Under the pieces are notes generated by a model. It saw nothing but the letters and a program-made list of their open reading frames with translations. It did not search any database and had not been told where the DNA came from. 64,000 bases of DNA from Candidatus Eiseniibacteriota bacterium (GTDB lineage: Bacteria; Eisenbacteria; RBG-16-71-46; CAZAMP01): positions 5,888,001-5,952,000 of the forward strand of contig OZ245046.1 of NCBI GenBank assembly GCA_965224245.1. The letters run 5' to 3'. The position numbers were made by a program, and so were the translations under genes. Positions 9,798-19,568 of the stretch are shown here, in pieces. Each line of letters begins with the position of its first letter. Position 1 is the stretch's first letter.

Positions 9798-9841
9798 CCA
9801 CGCGCCGCGTTCCCACACGCCGCGTACCACGCGCCGCGTGG
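9798..9841. repeat. Three near-tandem 13-bp repeats CCAC(G/A)CGCCGCGT
   Basis: Copies at 9798-9810, 9813-9825, 9827-9839, in the intergenic region just past the alr stop. Confidence 0.6.
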
Positions 9842-9859
9842 CAGTCGGACGGCCGACCG

Positions 9860-11035
9860 CTAGCTCAGGATCCTCGGCAGGTGAGCGGGAATCCGCGTCA
9901 CGACCTCGTAGTTGATCGTGTCGCACCAGCGGGCGAGATCGTCCGCGCGGATCTCCTCGTCCCCCTGAACGCCGAGGAGACACGCCTCGTCGCCGACGCG
10001 CGCGTCGGGGATGTGCGTGACGTCGATCATGCACATGTTCATGCACACCCGCCCCCGGACCGGTGCTCGCTCGCCGCGCACCAGGACGTGCGCGCGGCCC
10101 GAGAGGCCGCGATCGTATCCTTCGTAGTACCCGATCGGCAGGATCGCGATCCGGCTGGGGACGCTCGTCCGGTAGGTCCGGCCGTAGCCGATGAACGCGC
10201 CCGCCGGCACGTCCTTGACCTCCGTCACGGTGGTGACCCAGCGGAGAGCCGGTCGCAGCTCGATCGGATGGTCCCGCTCGGTGCGATAGCTGAGAAGCGT
10301 CTCTCGGCTCGGCCAGAGGCCGTACAGTCCGATGCCGACGCGAACCATCTCCAGGTGCGTCTCGGGAAACAAGAGCGCGGCCGCGGTACACGCGATGTGG
10401 CGGGACGCGAACCGAACGCCGAGCGCCGACAGCTCCTTCTCGGCGGCCGTGAAAGCCCGCTTCTGGGAGTCGGCGTAGTCGTGCTCGAGCGTGTCCTCGA
10501 TGTTGGCGAAGTGCGTGGTCAGACCGACGGGCTCGAGACGATCCGGATGCCGGGTGATGGCGGCCGCGACGTCGGTGAACGTGGACGGCATCGCGCCCCG
10601 CCGATGCGTGCCCGTCTCGACCTTGAGGTGCGCCCGGGCCCGCGTGCCGGCCGCTCCGGCCGCCTCGGCCAGGCGATCCAGCTCCGCCGCCGTGGTCACG
10701 ACCACGTCCAGGTCGTGGGCCAGCACGTCGTCGTAGCGATCGGGGTCCACGAAGCCCATCACGAGCACGCGCACGTTCGGGAGGTGCCCGCGGAGCGCCA
10801 GCCCCTCCTCCAGCGAGTTGACCCCGTACCAGCTCACGTTCGAATCGCCGAGCGCGCCCAGCACCTGGACGAGCCCGTGCCCGTAGGCGTTCGACTTCAC
10901 CACGGGCATCACGTGACGGTCGTGGCCGGCCAGGAGCCGGAACAGCTCGAGGTTGTGAACGAGAGCGTCGCGGCTCACGTAGACGCGCGTCAGGGCTTCC
11001 AGGATCTCCTCCAGTCTCCGCGCCGGTGGTGGCAT
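9860..11035 (-). CDS. alr: Alanine racemase
   Basis: PLP motif VVKSNAYGHG, HLKVETGTHRRG, MVRVGIGLYG, IGYG, GRVCMN, TINYEV. Start is ATG 11035 or possibly the in-frame CTG at 11002 behind GGAGG. Confidence 0.95.
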   Translation of the reverse strand: MPPPARRLEEILEALTRVYVSRDALVHNLELFRLLAGHDRHVMPVVKSNAYGHGLVQVLGALGDSNVSWYGVNSLEEGLALRGHLPNVRVLVMGFVDPDRYDDVLAHDLDVVVTTAAELDRLAEAAGAAGTRARAHLKVETGTHRRGAMPSTFTDVAAAITRHPDRLEPVGLTTHFANIEDTLEHDYADSQKRAFTAAEKELSALGVRFASRHIACTAAALLFPETHLEMVRVGIGLYGLWPSRETLLSYRTERDHPIELRPALRWVTTVTEVKDVPAGAFIGYGRTYRTSVPSRIAILPIGYYEGYDRGLSGRAHVLVRGERAPVRGRVCMNMCMIDVTHIPDARVGDEACLLGVQGDEEIRADDLARWCDTINYEVVTRIPAHLPRILS

Positions 11036-11246
11036 CTCGGGGCGCAGTCTAGCGTCCGGCGACGGTCGTGTCTCTGTTCGATGCCGTCGTGCATGACGCC
11101 TGGACCGCGCCCGCGCGGGGTGGCCGCAATCGCGCACCCGGCGGTGCATCCCCGCCATCTCGATCCTCGGGCGCGCCCCCGGCACCGGGAGTCCGATCGA
11201 TTGAGGGTGATCGCCGGAACACCTCTCACGCGGACGGGAAGCACCG

Positions 11247-12251
11247 ATGCTCTACTCCCAACATCTCGTCGACCACTTCCGGTCACGGCTCGTGGGCCAG
11301 GATCTCGCGATCCGCGAGATGGTGCGCGCGCTGACGGTGGCGCGCTCGGGACTCCACGCCCGCACCGGTCCGCTGGGCGCGTTCATGTTCCTGGGTCCGA
11401 CCGGTACCGGAAAGACGACGCTGGCCCGGGCCGTGGCCACCGAGCTGTTCGGACGCCCCGAGCTGGTGATCAACCTCGGCGTGTCCTCGGCGAGCTCGGC
11501 CGTGAACCTGATCGAGTCGCTCGGCTTCCACGTCGAGCGCTGCGGCGGACTCGTCACGGCCAGCGACACCGAGGGCCGCGCGCGCCGGCTCGTGCACGCG
11601 GTGGTCATCATCGAGGACTACCTCGACGCCGAGGCCGAGATCGGGCGAATGCTGTGCCAGCTCATCGACGACGCGGCGCTGCCGCTCGGCGGAGGCGACG
11701 TGCTGGACCTCTCGCGCGTCGTCTTCGTGTTCGAGTCCCGCGAGTGCACCGATCAGCTGGACGAGCTGGCGCGCTCGTCGTCGCGGATTGGATTCCACGA
11801 TCGACCCGATGCGCACGACCTGGATGCCAACGACGAGGTCGACGAGAAGCTCTACCTCGCCGCGCGCAAGCAGATCGAGTCCGAGTTTCCCTCGGAGTTC
11901 GTGGGGCGACTGGATCGCGTGATCGTCTTCAAACGCCTGCGTCCGGAGCATCTGGCCTTGCTCGTGGACCGGCAGGTGGCGGAGATCGAGAGCGGACTGG
12001 CGGCGCGCGGTCTGCCCGGGGTACGGCTGCGCCTGGAGGAGCCGCTTCGCGAGCACCTGCTCGGCAAGGCCCAGCGTCGGCTGCATCTCGGCGCGCGTCC
12101 GCTCCTGCGCAACGTGCGCAAGTACGTTCTGTTCCCGGTGGCCGATCTGGTCGCGTCCGGTGCCATCGTGCCAAACGTCGACGTCCGGCTGGACATCGCC
12201 GGCGGACGATCGATCGCACGGGTGCGTGCATCCAACGTGGACGCGGCCTGA
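11247..12251 (+). CDS. Stand-alone Clp/Hsp100 D2-type AAA+ protein with degenerate catalytic motifs
   Basis: RLVGQDLAI, FMFLGPTGTGKT, RIGF, FPSEFVGRLDRVIVF, GARPL; no N-domain or D1 ring. Confidence 0.85.
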   Translation: MLYSQHLVDHFRSRLVGQDLAIREMVRALTVARSGLHARTGPLGAFMFLGPTGTGKTTLARAVATELFGRPELVINLGVSSASSAVNLIESLGFHVERCGGLVTASDTEGRARRLVHAVVIIEDYLDAEAEIGRMLCQLIDDAALPLGGGDVLDLSRVVFVFESRECTDQLDELARSSSRIGFHDRPDAHDLDANDEVDEKLYLAARKQIESEFPSEFVGRLDRVIVFKRLRPEHLALLVDRQVAEIESGLAARGLPGVRLRLEEPLREHLLGKAQRRLHLGARPLLRNVRKYVLFPVADLVASGAIVPNVDVRLDIAGGRSIARVRASNVDAA

Positions 12252-12267
12252 GCGCGAGGTCCGGTGG

Positions 12268-13071
12268 TCACCCCTCGCGGCGCGCGTGAGCGCGGGCGGT
12301 CAGGCGTCGTGCCAGACCCTCGAGCCGTTCGAGACACTCGGGCGTCCGGAACGCCGCGAGCTGGGCGGCCTCCTCGTTCGCGAGAGCCCGCCGTAGCGGC
12401 GCCTCCGCGCGCGCCGCGTGCTCGCGCTTGATGCTGGAGACGACCGCCTCGGTCACGTCGACCAGGCGAGCCGCCAACGTACCCGGCTCGCGCTCGACCG
12501 CGTGGGGCGGCACCACCCGGTCCACCACGCGGAGCTTCGCGGCGTCGTGAGCGTCGACGACACGCCCCGACCAGAGTAGATCCTGTGCGATCGCGCGCCC
12601 GCAGCGCGCGGCCAGCGTGTGCGTGAGTCCCAGGTCCGGATGCAGCCCCAGACGAACCTGCGTGGCGCCCAGGGTGGCGCGTGGCGTCGCGATGACCACG
12701 TCGCACGCGAGCGCCAGACCCAGGCCCGCACCGGCGGCGGGGCCGTTCACGAGCGCCAGAATCGGCTTCGGGCATTCGATGGCCAGGCGGGCCACGACGT
12801 CGTGTGCGGATCGAACGAGGCGCGCGAAGCCGTTCCAATCGCGGCGGCGCCGGAGCTCGATGAGATCGGTCAGATCGAGTCCGGTGCTGAACGCCCGTGA
12901 CGCCCCCTCCAGCGCGATCACGCGCGCGTCCGAATCGGACGCGCGATGCAGCGCGGCCAGCAGCTCGGTCAGCGTGTCGCCGCACAGCGCGTTGTGGCGC
13001 TCCGGACGGTCGATGACGATGCGCGTGCACGGACCGTCGCGGCGCATGAGAACGCTGGACGTCGCGGGCAT
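12268..13071 (-). CDS. Enoyl-CoA hydratase/isomerase family protein
   Basis: IDRPERHNAL, AFSTGLDL, KPILALVNGPAAGAGLGLALACD, LGLHPDLG; start MPATSS at 13071. Confidence 0.88.
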   Translation of the reverse strand: MPATSSVLMRRDGPCTRIVIDRPERHNALCGDTLTELLAALHRASDSDARVIALEGASRAFSTGLDLTDLIELRRRRDWNGFARLVRSAHDVVARLAIECPKPILALVNGPAAGAGLGLALACDVVIATPRATLGATQVRLGLHPDLGLTHTLAARCGRAIAQDLLWSGRVVDAHDAAKLRVVDRVVPPHAVEREPGTLAARLVDVTEAVVSSIKREHAARAEAPLRRALANEEAAQLAAFRTPECLERLEGLARRLTARAHARREG

Positions 13072-13511
13072 CTCGGACCTCCCGTCACCGAGCAACGGCG
13101 AGACGACGGCGGCGAGCCGGATCACGCGGGGCGCCTGGGACCGAGGGTGAGGCGCGAGGAGGGATCGAGCGCACGAACGTGGCCGGTCGGACCCGCCGAC
13201 GGAGGGACTGGGCTGGGTTCCACCTGACGTCACGCTAGCACCGGCCCAGGGAGAGGTCAACGGCCGGGCCGCGATGCCGGGGATCGACCAGGGAAGCAAG
13301 TTCCCTGGCCCGCCGGGGCCGACGGCTCGACGTTCAGATCCGGCGGCGCATCCCCGACGTATTGCGTACGGCGGGGCCGTCCCCGGTGGATGCGGGACGC
13401 CTCGCGGACGGGTTACACTCATCGGACTCGCCCCTCCGATCACGACGCGCGCCGGCGGCCCGGCCCGTTCCGCCGAGAGGCACGCCCGGTCCACCACGAG
13501 GACGACGATCG

Positions 13512-15638
13512 ATGGAAGCTCACGAACGAAAGCGGACACCCCGGCCTGCACCCGAGCCGATCCCGATCACATCGCTCGAGGATCCCTCGCTCTACTTCAA
13601 TCGGGAGCTCAGCCGCGTGTGGTTCTACTTCCGCGTGCTGGATCAGGCCCGGGACGCGAACGTCCCGCTCCTGGAGCGCGTCCGGTTCCTGACCATCTCC
13701 AGCGCGATCCTCGACGAGTTCTTCGAAATCCGTGTCGCGGGTCTCGAGGAGCAGGTCGCGATGGGCATCTCGAAGCCCGGCGCCGACGGGCTCACCGCCA
13801 CCGCGACGCTGGAGCAGATCCGCACGCTCGTCGTACGGCTGGTGGCCGAGCAATACGAGACGCTCGACCAAGAGCTCTTGCCCGCGCTGCGCGACGAGGG
13901 GATCGACGTCCGCTTCGCCGACCGGTGGACAAAGGCCGAGGTCGAGTGGCTTCGCCGGTACTTCGATGCCGAGGTCCTGCCGGTGCTGACCCCCGTGGGG
14001 CTCGACCCCGCGCACCCGTTCCCGAAGATCCTGAACAAGAGCCTCAACTTCCTGGTGACGCTGGAGGGCAAGGATGCGTTCGGGAGACGGGGCGGACGCG
14101 CCGTCATCCAGGCGCCGCGGCTCTTGCCGCGACTGGTCCGCGTGCCCGACGACGTGAGCCACGACGCCACCGTGATCGTCCCCCTGGTCAGCATCATCGA
14201 GGCCTTCGTGGGCGAGCTCTTCCCGGGCATGAAGGTGCGCGACTGCCACCAGTTCCGCGTCACGCGCAACAGCGATCTCTGGATCGAAGAGGAGGAGGTC
14301 GACGATCTCCTGAGCGCGCTGCAGGGCGAGCTCGCGGGGCGGCACTACGCGCACGCGGTCCGACTCGAGGTGGATGCCGAGATCGGTGACGACGTCCTGG
14401 AGTTTCTGTGTTCCCGGTTCCAGCTCCACGAGGCCGACGTCTACCGGGTCGAGGGCCCGGTGAACCTGAGCCGTTTCTCGTCCCTGCTGGATCTCGTCGA
14501 CCGGCCCGCGCTCAAGTATCCTCCGTTCAAGCCGGGGCTCCCCGGCAAGCTCAACGCCCGGTCCAAGGATCTCTTCTCGATCATCCGCGACCGGGATCTC
14601 CTCCTCCATCATCCGTATCAGAGCTTCGCGCCGGTGCTCGAGCTCCTGCACGAGGCGGCGCGCGATCCCAACGTGCTGGCCATCAAGCAGACCGTCTATC
14701 GCACCGGGATGGCGTCGGCGGTCGGTCGGGCGCTTCTGGAGGCGGCGCGCGCGGGCAAGGAGGTCACCGCGGTCGTCGAGCTCCGGGCCCGGTTCGACGA
14801 GGCCGCCAACATCAAGCTCGCGTCGGATCTCCAGGAGGCGGGGGCGAAGGTCGTGTACGGCGTCGTCGGCTTCAAGGCGCACGGCAAGATGCTGATGATC
14901 GTGCGCCGCGAGGGCGACCGCCTCCGGCGCTACGTGCACCTCGGCACCGGAAACTACAACGACGTCACCGCGCGCCAGTACACCGACTTCAGCCTCATCA
15001 CCGCCGACGACGAGATCGGCGAGGACACGCACGCGCTCTTCCAGCAGCTCACCGGGCTCGGGAAGGTGCGCAGGCTGAAGAAGCTCCATCAGACCCCGTT
15101 CGGGCTTCACGACACGCTTCTCGAACGGATCGAGCTCGAGATCGAAGAGGCCAACGCCGGCCGCCCGGCCCGCATCGCGGCGAAGATGAACTCGCTGATC
15201 GAGACCGACATCATCCGCGCGCTGTACCGTGCCTCGCGCGCGGGCGTCCAGGTCGACCTGGTCGTGCGGGGGATCTGCTGCCTTCGCCCCGGCGTGCCCG
15301 GTGTGTCGGAGAACATCCGCGTGCGGTCGGTTCTCGGTCGCTTCCTCGAGCATCACCGCGTGTTTCACTTTCACGCGGCCGGCGAGAAGGTGATCATGTG
15401 CTCCAGCGCCGACTGGATGCCCCGCAACTTCTTCAAGCGGGTCGAGGTCGCGTTCCCGATAGAGGCGCGAAAGCTCAAACGTCGCCTCATCGACGAGGGT
15501 CTCGACGTGTACTTCCGGGACAACTGCCAGGCCTACGAGATGGGAGCAGAGGGCCAGTACACCCGAGAGGATCCCGGCGCCGAGCCCCGCTGGTCGGCCC
15601 AGGAATCGCTGCTCGACGCGCTCGCCGACTGGACCTGA
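13512..15638 (+). CDS. ppk1: Polyphosphate kinase 1
   Basis: YFNRELS, LDEFFEIRVAGL, DPAHPFP, LLHHPYQSF, ELRARFDE, HLGTGNYN, GRFLEHHR, SADWMPRN. Confidence 0.97.
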   Translation: MEAHERKRTPRPAPEPIPITSLEDPSLYFNRELSRVWFYFRVLDQARDANVPLLERVRFLTISSAILDEFFEIRVAGLEEQVAMGISKPGADGLTATATLEQIRTLVVRLVAEQYETLDQELLPALRDEGIDVRFADRWTKAEVEWLRRYFDAEVLPVLTPVGLDPAHPFPKILNKSLNFLVTLEGKDAFGRRGGRAVIQAPRLLPRLVRVPDDVSHDATVIVPLVSIIEAFVGELFPGMKVRDCHQFRVTRNSDLWIEEEEVDDLLSALQGELAGRHYAHAVRLEVDAEIGDDVLEFLCSRFQLHEADVYRVEGPVNLSRFSSLLDLVDRPALKYPPFKPGLPGKLNARSKDLFSIIRDRDLLLHHPYQSFAPVLELLHEAARDPNVLAIKQTVYRTGMASAVGRALLEAARAGKEVTAVVELRARFDEAANIKLASDLQEAGAKVVYGVVGFKAHGKMLMIVRREGDRLRRYVHLGTGNYNDVTARQYTDFSLITADDEIGEDTHALFQQLTGLGKVRRLKKLHQTPFGLHDTLLERIELEIEEANAGRPARIAAKMNSLIETDIIRALYRASRAGVQVDLVVRGICCLRPGVPGVSENIRVRSVLGRFLEHHRVFHFHAAGEKVIMCSSADWMPRNFFKRVEVAFPIEARKLKRRLIDEGLDVYFRDNCQAYEMGAEGQYTREDPGAEPRWSAQESLLDALADWT

Positions 15639-15641
15639 CGG

Positions 15642-17198
15642 TCAGCTCGAACCCGGTGCGTCACCCACCTGGGCATTGCTCTCGACCACGAGGCGCGTGC
15701 CCACCGCATCCAGCCACTTGGCCTCGGCGCGGAGATCGCCGGCCGTGAGGGGATGCTCGTCCAGCCAGCCCGGCGGAAACTCGACCGTGAGCGTGTCGGG
15801 GTCGCGTAGCGCGATGACTGGTGGCGTCTGGTCGGTCCGGCTCCGGCACAGGAGCGCGCTCAGCCGGAAGAGGATGGCCAGCCGCATCGCGAACGCGTGT
15901 CGCTGCCGGGGGATGTCGCCGAAGGGGAGGCGGGAGATCCCCCGCCGGTGATTGTGGATGAGCATCGCCAGGAGCGCCTGGTCGTCGGCGCTGAAGCCGG
16001 GCATGTGAGAGTGCCGTACCAGGTACGCGCCGTGCTTGTGGTAGCCCGAGTATGAGAGCGCCAGGCCGATCTCGTGCAGGGAGGACGCCCAGGCCAGGAA
16101 CCGCTCGGCCACGTCGTGCGGCATGTCGGGCGTGTCGGGCAGCTGAGCCAGGAGCGCGCTGGAGAAGGCCTGGAGCCGGTCGGCCTGATCCACGTCGACG
16201 CCGTATCGACGCATGAAGCGCTGGATCGTCCGTTCGCGAACGTCCTGACGCTGCAGGCGGCCGAGGAGGTCGTAGATCACGCCCTCGCGGAGCGCGCCGC
16301 TGGCCCGCACGAGCTCGTCGATCCCCAGGCTCTTGAACACCCCGATCAGAATGGCGAGCCCGCCCGCCAGCACCGGGGCCCGATCGGACTTGAGACCGTT
16401 CAGCGAGAGTCCGGCCGTGGAGCCGGCGTTGACCAGGAGACGGCGCAGCTTCTTCAACGCCGGAAGCGTGATCTCGCCCGCGGTGATCTCCTCCCCGCGC
16501 AGGATGTCGCTGATCGCGTTGATCGTGCCCGACGCACCGAGCGTCGAGCTCCAGCCGTGCTTGCGAAACGCGCCCTCGAGGCTCTGCAGCTCGCGCCGCG
16601 CCTCGGTCTCGGCCAGGCGAAACGCCTCGCGTTCGATCCGGCCCTTGGGGAAGTACCGGCGCGAGTAGCTCACGCAGCCCATGAACAGGCTGTGCGCCAG
16701 ATCGACGTCGTATCCCTCGCCGACGATGACCTCGGTGGAGCCGCCGCCGATGTCGATGACGAGCCGCCGGCCGTCCGCGCCGTGCAGGTGCGAGACACCC
16801 AGGTAGATGAGTCGCGCCTCTTCCTCGCCCCCGATGACCTCGATCGGGTGGCCGAGCGCCCGGGCCGCCCCCTCACGGAACGCGTCGTCGTGGCGCGCCT
16901 GCCGCAGCGTGTTGGTCCCGACCGCGCGCACGAACCGGGGGCTCAGTGAGCCGAGACGCTGCCCGAACCGCCCCAGGCAATCGATCGCACGGGCGCGCGC
17001 CTTCTCCGAGAGCGTGTGTTCGTGCGTCAGCCCGGCGGCCAGCCGGACCGGCTCCTTCAGGCGATCGATGACGTAGAGCCCATCCGGGGTGGCCCTGGCG
17101 ATGATCAGGTGGAAGCTGTTGGAGCCCAGGTCGACCGCCGCCACCGTCTCGGTGTCGGTGGGCTGCTCGGTCGTATCGGCGTCGGAGAAGGGGCTCAT
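15642..17198 (-). CDS. ppx: Exopolyphosphatase, Ppx/GppA family
   Basis: AAVDLGSNSFHL, VGTNTLR, EEARLIYLGV, DIGGGSTE, GALREG, LHEIG. Confidence 0.95.
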   Translation of the reverse strand: MSPFSDADTTEQPTDTETVAAVDLGSNSFHLIIARATPDGLYVIDRLKEPVRLAAGLTHEHTLSEKARARAIDCLGRFGQRLGSLSPRFVRAVGTNTLRQARHDDAFREGAARALGHPIEVIGGEEEARLIYLGVSHLHGADGRRLVIDIGGGSTEVIVGEGYDVDLAHSLFMGCVSYSRRYFPKGRIEREAFRLAETEARRELQSLEGAFRKHGWSSTLGASGTINAISDILRGEEITAGEITLPALKKLRRLLVNAGSTAGLSLNGLKSDRAPVLAGGLAILIGVFKSLGIDELVRASGALREGVIYDLLGRLQRQDVRERTIQRFMRRYGVDVDQADRLQAFSSALLAQLPDTPDMPHDVAERFLAWASSLHEIGLALSYSGYHKHGAYLVRHSHMPGFSADDQALLAMLIHNHRRGISRLPFGDIPRQRHAFAMRLAILFRLSALLCRSRTDQTPPVIALRDPDTLTVEFPPGWLDEHPLTAGDLRAEAKWLDAVGTRLVVESNAQVGDAPGSS

Positions 17199-17722
17199 GT
17201 GCCGACGTCACGCCCGAGCGAACGCAACGCGCGCGCCCCCAGAAGCCACAGGAGTCGCCCCGTGCCCGGTCGCGGGGTCTCGAACTCGATGGCCGCGGCG
17301 CCCGCCTTCTTGAGGTGCGTGAACGTGCGGGTCGCACCCACCGCGGCGGCCAGGAACACGTCGAGCTGAGGGGCGTGGCCGGTACACACGACGTGCTCGG
17401 TACGAGCGTTCACCCCGGCGGTCTGGTGCGTCAGATCGTCGAACAGACGCTCGGGCTCGGCGTCGAACAGGAGGCTGTCGGTCTCGTGCACGCGCGTGTC
17501 ACCGAGACCCAGCATCGCGCGGGCGATCTCCGCGGTCTCGACGGCGCGCCGGTACGGACTGGTCAGGATCAGGTCGGGCAGGAGTCCCATCGCACGAAGC
17601 CCGAGGGCGGACCGCCGCGTCCGCCTCACGCCCTTCGGCGTGAGCGCCCGCTCGGCATCCGGGGGGCAGTCCGGCGCGAGGCGGTCGTGGGCGATACCGT
17701 GTCGGAAGAGACAGACGATCAC
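17195..17722 (-). CDS. sixA: Phosphohistidine phosphatase SixA
   Basis: FRHG catalytic motif, RALTPKG, ILTSPYRRAVETA, TGHAP; 4-nt overlap with ppx. Confidence 0.88.
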   Translation of the reverse strand: MIVCLFRHGIAHDRLAPDCPPDAERALTPKGVRRTRRSALGLRAMGLLPDLILTSPYRRAVETAEIARAMLGLGDTRVHETDSLLFDAEPERLFDDLTHQTAGVNARTEHVVCTGHAPQLDVFLAAAVGATRTFTHLKKAGAAAIEFETPRPGTGRLLWLLGARALRSLGRDVGT

Positions 17723-17766
17723 GCGTGAACCTCTCGAGGATGGGTTGCGAACGCCGTCGGACCGCG

Positions 17767-19461
17767 CTACTCGTGCGGCTCGGCCGTTGCGTCGCCACCG
17801 GCGGGCTCGCCGTCGGTCGTCGCGTCCACATCGACGTCGTCACGCGTCGCCCGCCGCCGCGGCACCCGGAACGCCAGCGCCATCGCCTTCTCATACCGCC
17901 TGGCCATCTGTGCTTGCAAGCGTGACCATCGTGCGCCGGCGAGTTTCGGGTACTCGGCCCGGAAGCGCCCGCGCAGCCGTTCGGCCTGTCGTTCGTATCG
18001 TTCGACGAGTCGCCCGATCACGAACGCCGTGCCCGGGGAGACCGGCTCGTCGGTGCGGAGCGCCTCGGACGTGAGCCACTCCACGGCGACGTCGGCGTCC
18101 TGGTGCAGCCCCAGGATCTCCTGAAGCGCCACCAGGCGGCGGAGAAAGCGCTCGGCGGGGCGTCCGTAGAGCTCGCGGTGAAACTCGATCGCGTAGCGCA
18201 GCGCCTTCGCGCGAATGCGCACGCGATGGTAGTCGGCGGCCGGTGAGGACCGGCGGAGGCGGTTTCCGGGCTTGATCACGCGGGTGAACCGGCGGGTGAT
18301 GACGGCCGGAGCCACCAGCAGGACCGGGGCCTCCGCGGCCCCGTAGCCGCTCACGGGGGACGTGAGCACGTCGGTGAAGTCGGCCACGAGGCGCTGGTAG
18401 CGGGGGGCGTCGAGGCCCTCCAGCATGCGCGTGCGGGCGATCCCGCGGCGGCGAGTCAGGCGCGCCGCGAGCTCGTCGAACGCGCCCGTGCGGTCCTCGG
18501 TGTCGTGCCGCCAGGCGTCGAGCTGCTCGAGCTGGACGTCGAGATCGCGCACCTCGCCCAGCAACGCGGCCACCCATCGGAGCTCGTCCCGCCACTCCAG
18601 CACGGCGTCGGGCAGGAACGGCTCGAAGAGCTGGATGGCCGCCCGCAGCCGGCGGAGCGCGACGCGCATGTCGTGCAGCTCCTCGGGATCGTCGCCGAGC
18701 CGGGTGCCAGGCTCGTGCCGGCGCCACTTCAGGAACTGGGCGCGGAAGACGGCCATGGACGCCGCGAGCGCGGTGTCGTCGGCGTCGACCCGGGTCGGGC
18801 CGAGATCGGGCTCGCCCGGCGCGGCCACGTTCGCGTCTGCATACAACCGGCCGTGGGTGACCGATCGTTCCTCGTCGTCGAGCAGCCCGACGAGTCGCCG
18901 CGCCAGCTTCAGTGCGAAGGACTGGTCTCCGGCGTTGACGCGGACGCGGGCCCGTCCGGCGGCGGTGGGGTCGACGTGGTGACGCACGCAGACGATCTCG
19001 GCCAGCGCGCGTCCGGCCCGCCGGAGCGCCCACCGGGTCTGCGTCGCGTGCACGTCGAAGATCGGGACCAGGGGCGCGGCTCCGCGCACGGCGTGGATCC
19101 GGTCTCCCAGTGGGCCCTCCGCCCGCTCCAGGAGCTCGATCTCGTCGGGCGGGCGCGAGCCGTCCGTCTTCACGTCCACCGTCAGCTCGGCGGGGGAGCC
19201 CAGCGAGTCGGTGAGCGACGCCATCGCGATCTCGAGACCCCCGGCGCGCCGGCGGACGGAGAGCGCGTGCCCCGCGCGATGGAGACGCCAGTCGGCGGTG
19301 TCGTAGTAGGTCTCGGTGTGGCCGGTCTGGCTCACGCCAGCCAGCTCGGCATCCTCCTCGGAGCCGATGCGACGGAGCTCGGCCGCCAGCCGGGACTCCA
19401 CCGCACCGAGCGACGCCGGCTGGGCGCTGCTGAAGGGTCGGGCCGTGTGGGCGTCTGACAT
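17767..19461 (-). CDS. CYTH + CHAD domain polyphosphate-binding protein
   Basis: TYYDTADWRL (CYTH), DPEELHDMRVALRRLRA, LGEVRDLDV, YHRVRIRAKALRY, LQEILGLHQD (CHAD). Confidence 0.9.
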   Translation of the reverse strand: MSDAHTARPFSSAQPASLGAVESRLAAELRRIGSEEDAELAGVSQTGHTETYYDTADWRLHRAGHALSVRRRAGGLEIAMASLTDSLGSPAELTVDVKTDGSRPPDEIELLERAEGPLGDRIHAVRGAAPLVPIFDVHATQTRWALRRAGRALAEIVCVRHHVDPTAAGRARVRVNAGDQSFALKLARRLVGLLDDEERSVTHGRLYADANVAAPGEPDLGPTRVDADDTALAASMAVFRAQFLKWRRHEPGTRLGDDPEELHDMRVALRRLRAAIQLFEPFLPDAVLEWRDELRWVAALLGEVRDLDVQLEQLDAWRHDTEDRTGAFDELAARLTRRRGIARTRMLEGLDAPRYQRLVADFTDVLTSPVSGYGAAEAPVLLVAPAVITRRFTRVIKPGNRLRRSSPAADYHRVRIRAKALRYAIEFHRELYGRPAERFLRRLVALQEILGLHQDADVAVEWLTSEALRTDEPVSPGTAFVIGRLVERYERQAERLRGRFRAEYPKLAGARWSRLQAQMARRYEKAMALAFRVPRRRATRDDVDVDATTDGEPAGGDATAEPHE

Positions 19462-19568
19462 CGCGGGTGACTCGGCTTCTCGGAGGATCGAGTGATCGCG
19501 CGGGGGCGCGGAGCATGCTCAGGATAACACGCTCGCCCGGTCGTCCCCCCCGGCGGGGCCCGGGCCGG

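Noticed and set aside
13072-13511. 440-bp divergent region before ppk1 as ncRNA or Pho box
   Set aside because: Only short GC stems (GCATCC/GGATGC); no 11-bp-period Pho repeats seen
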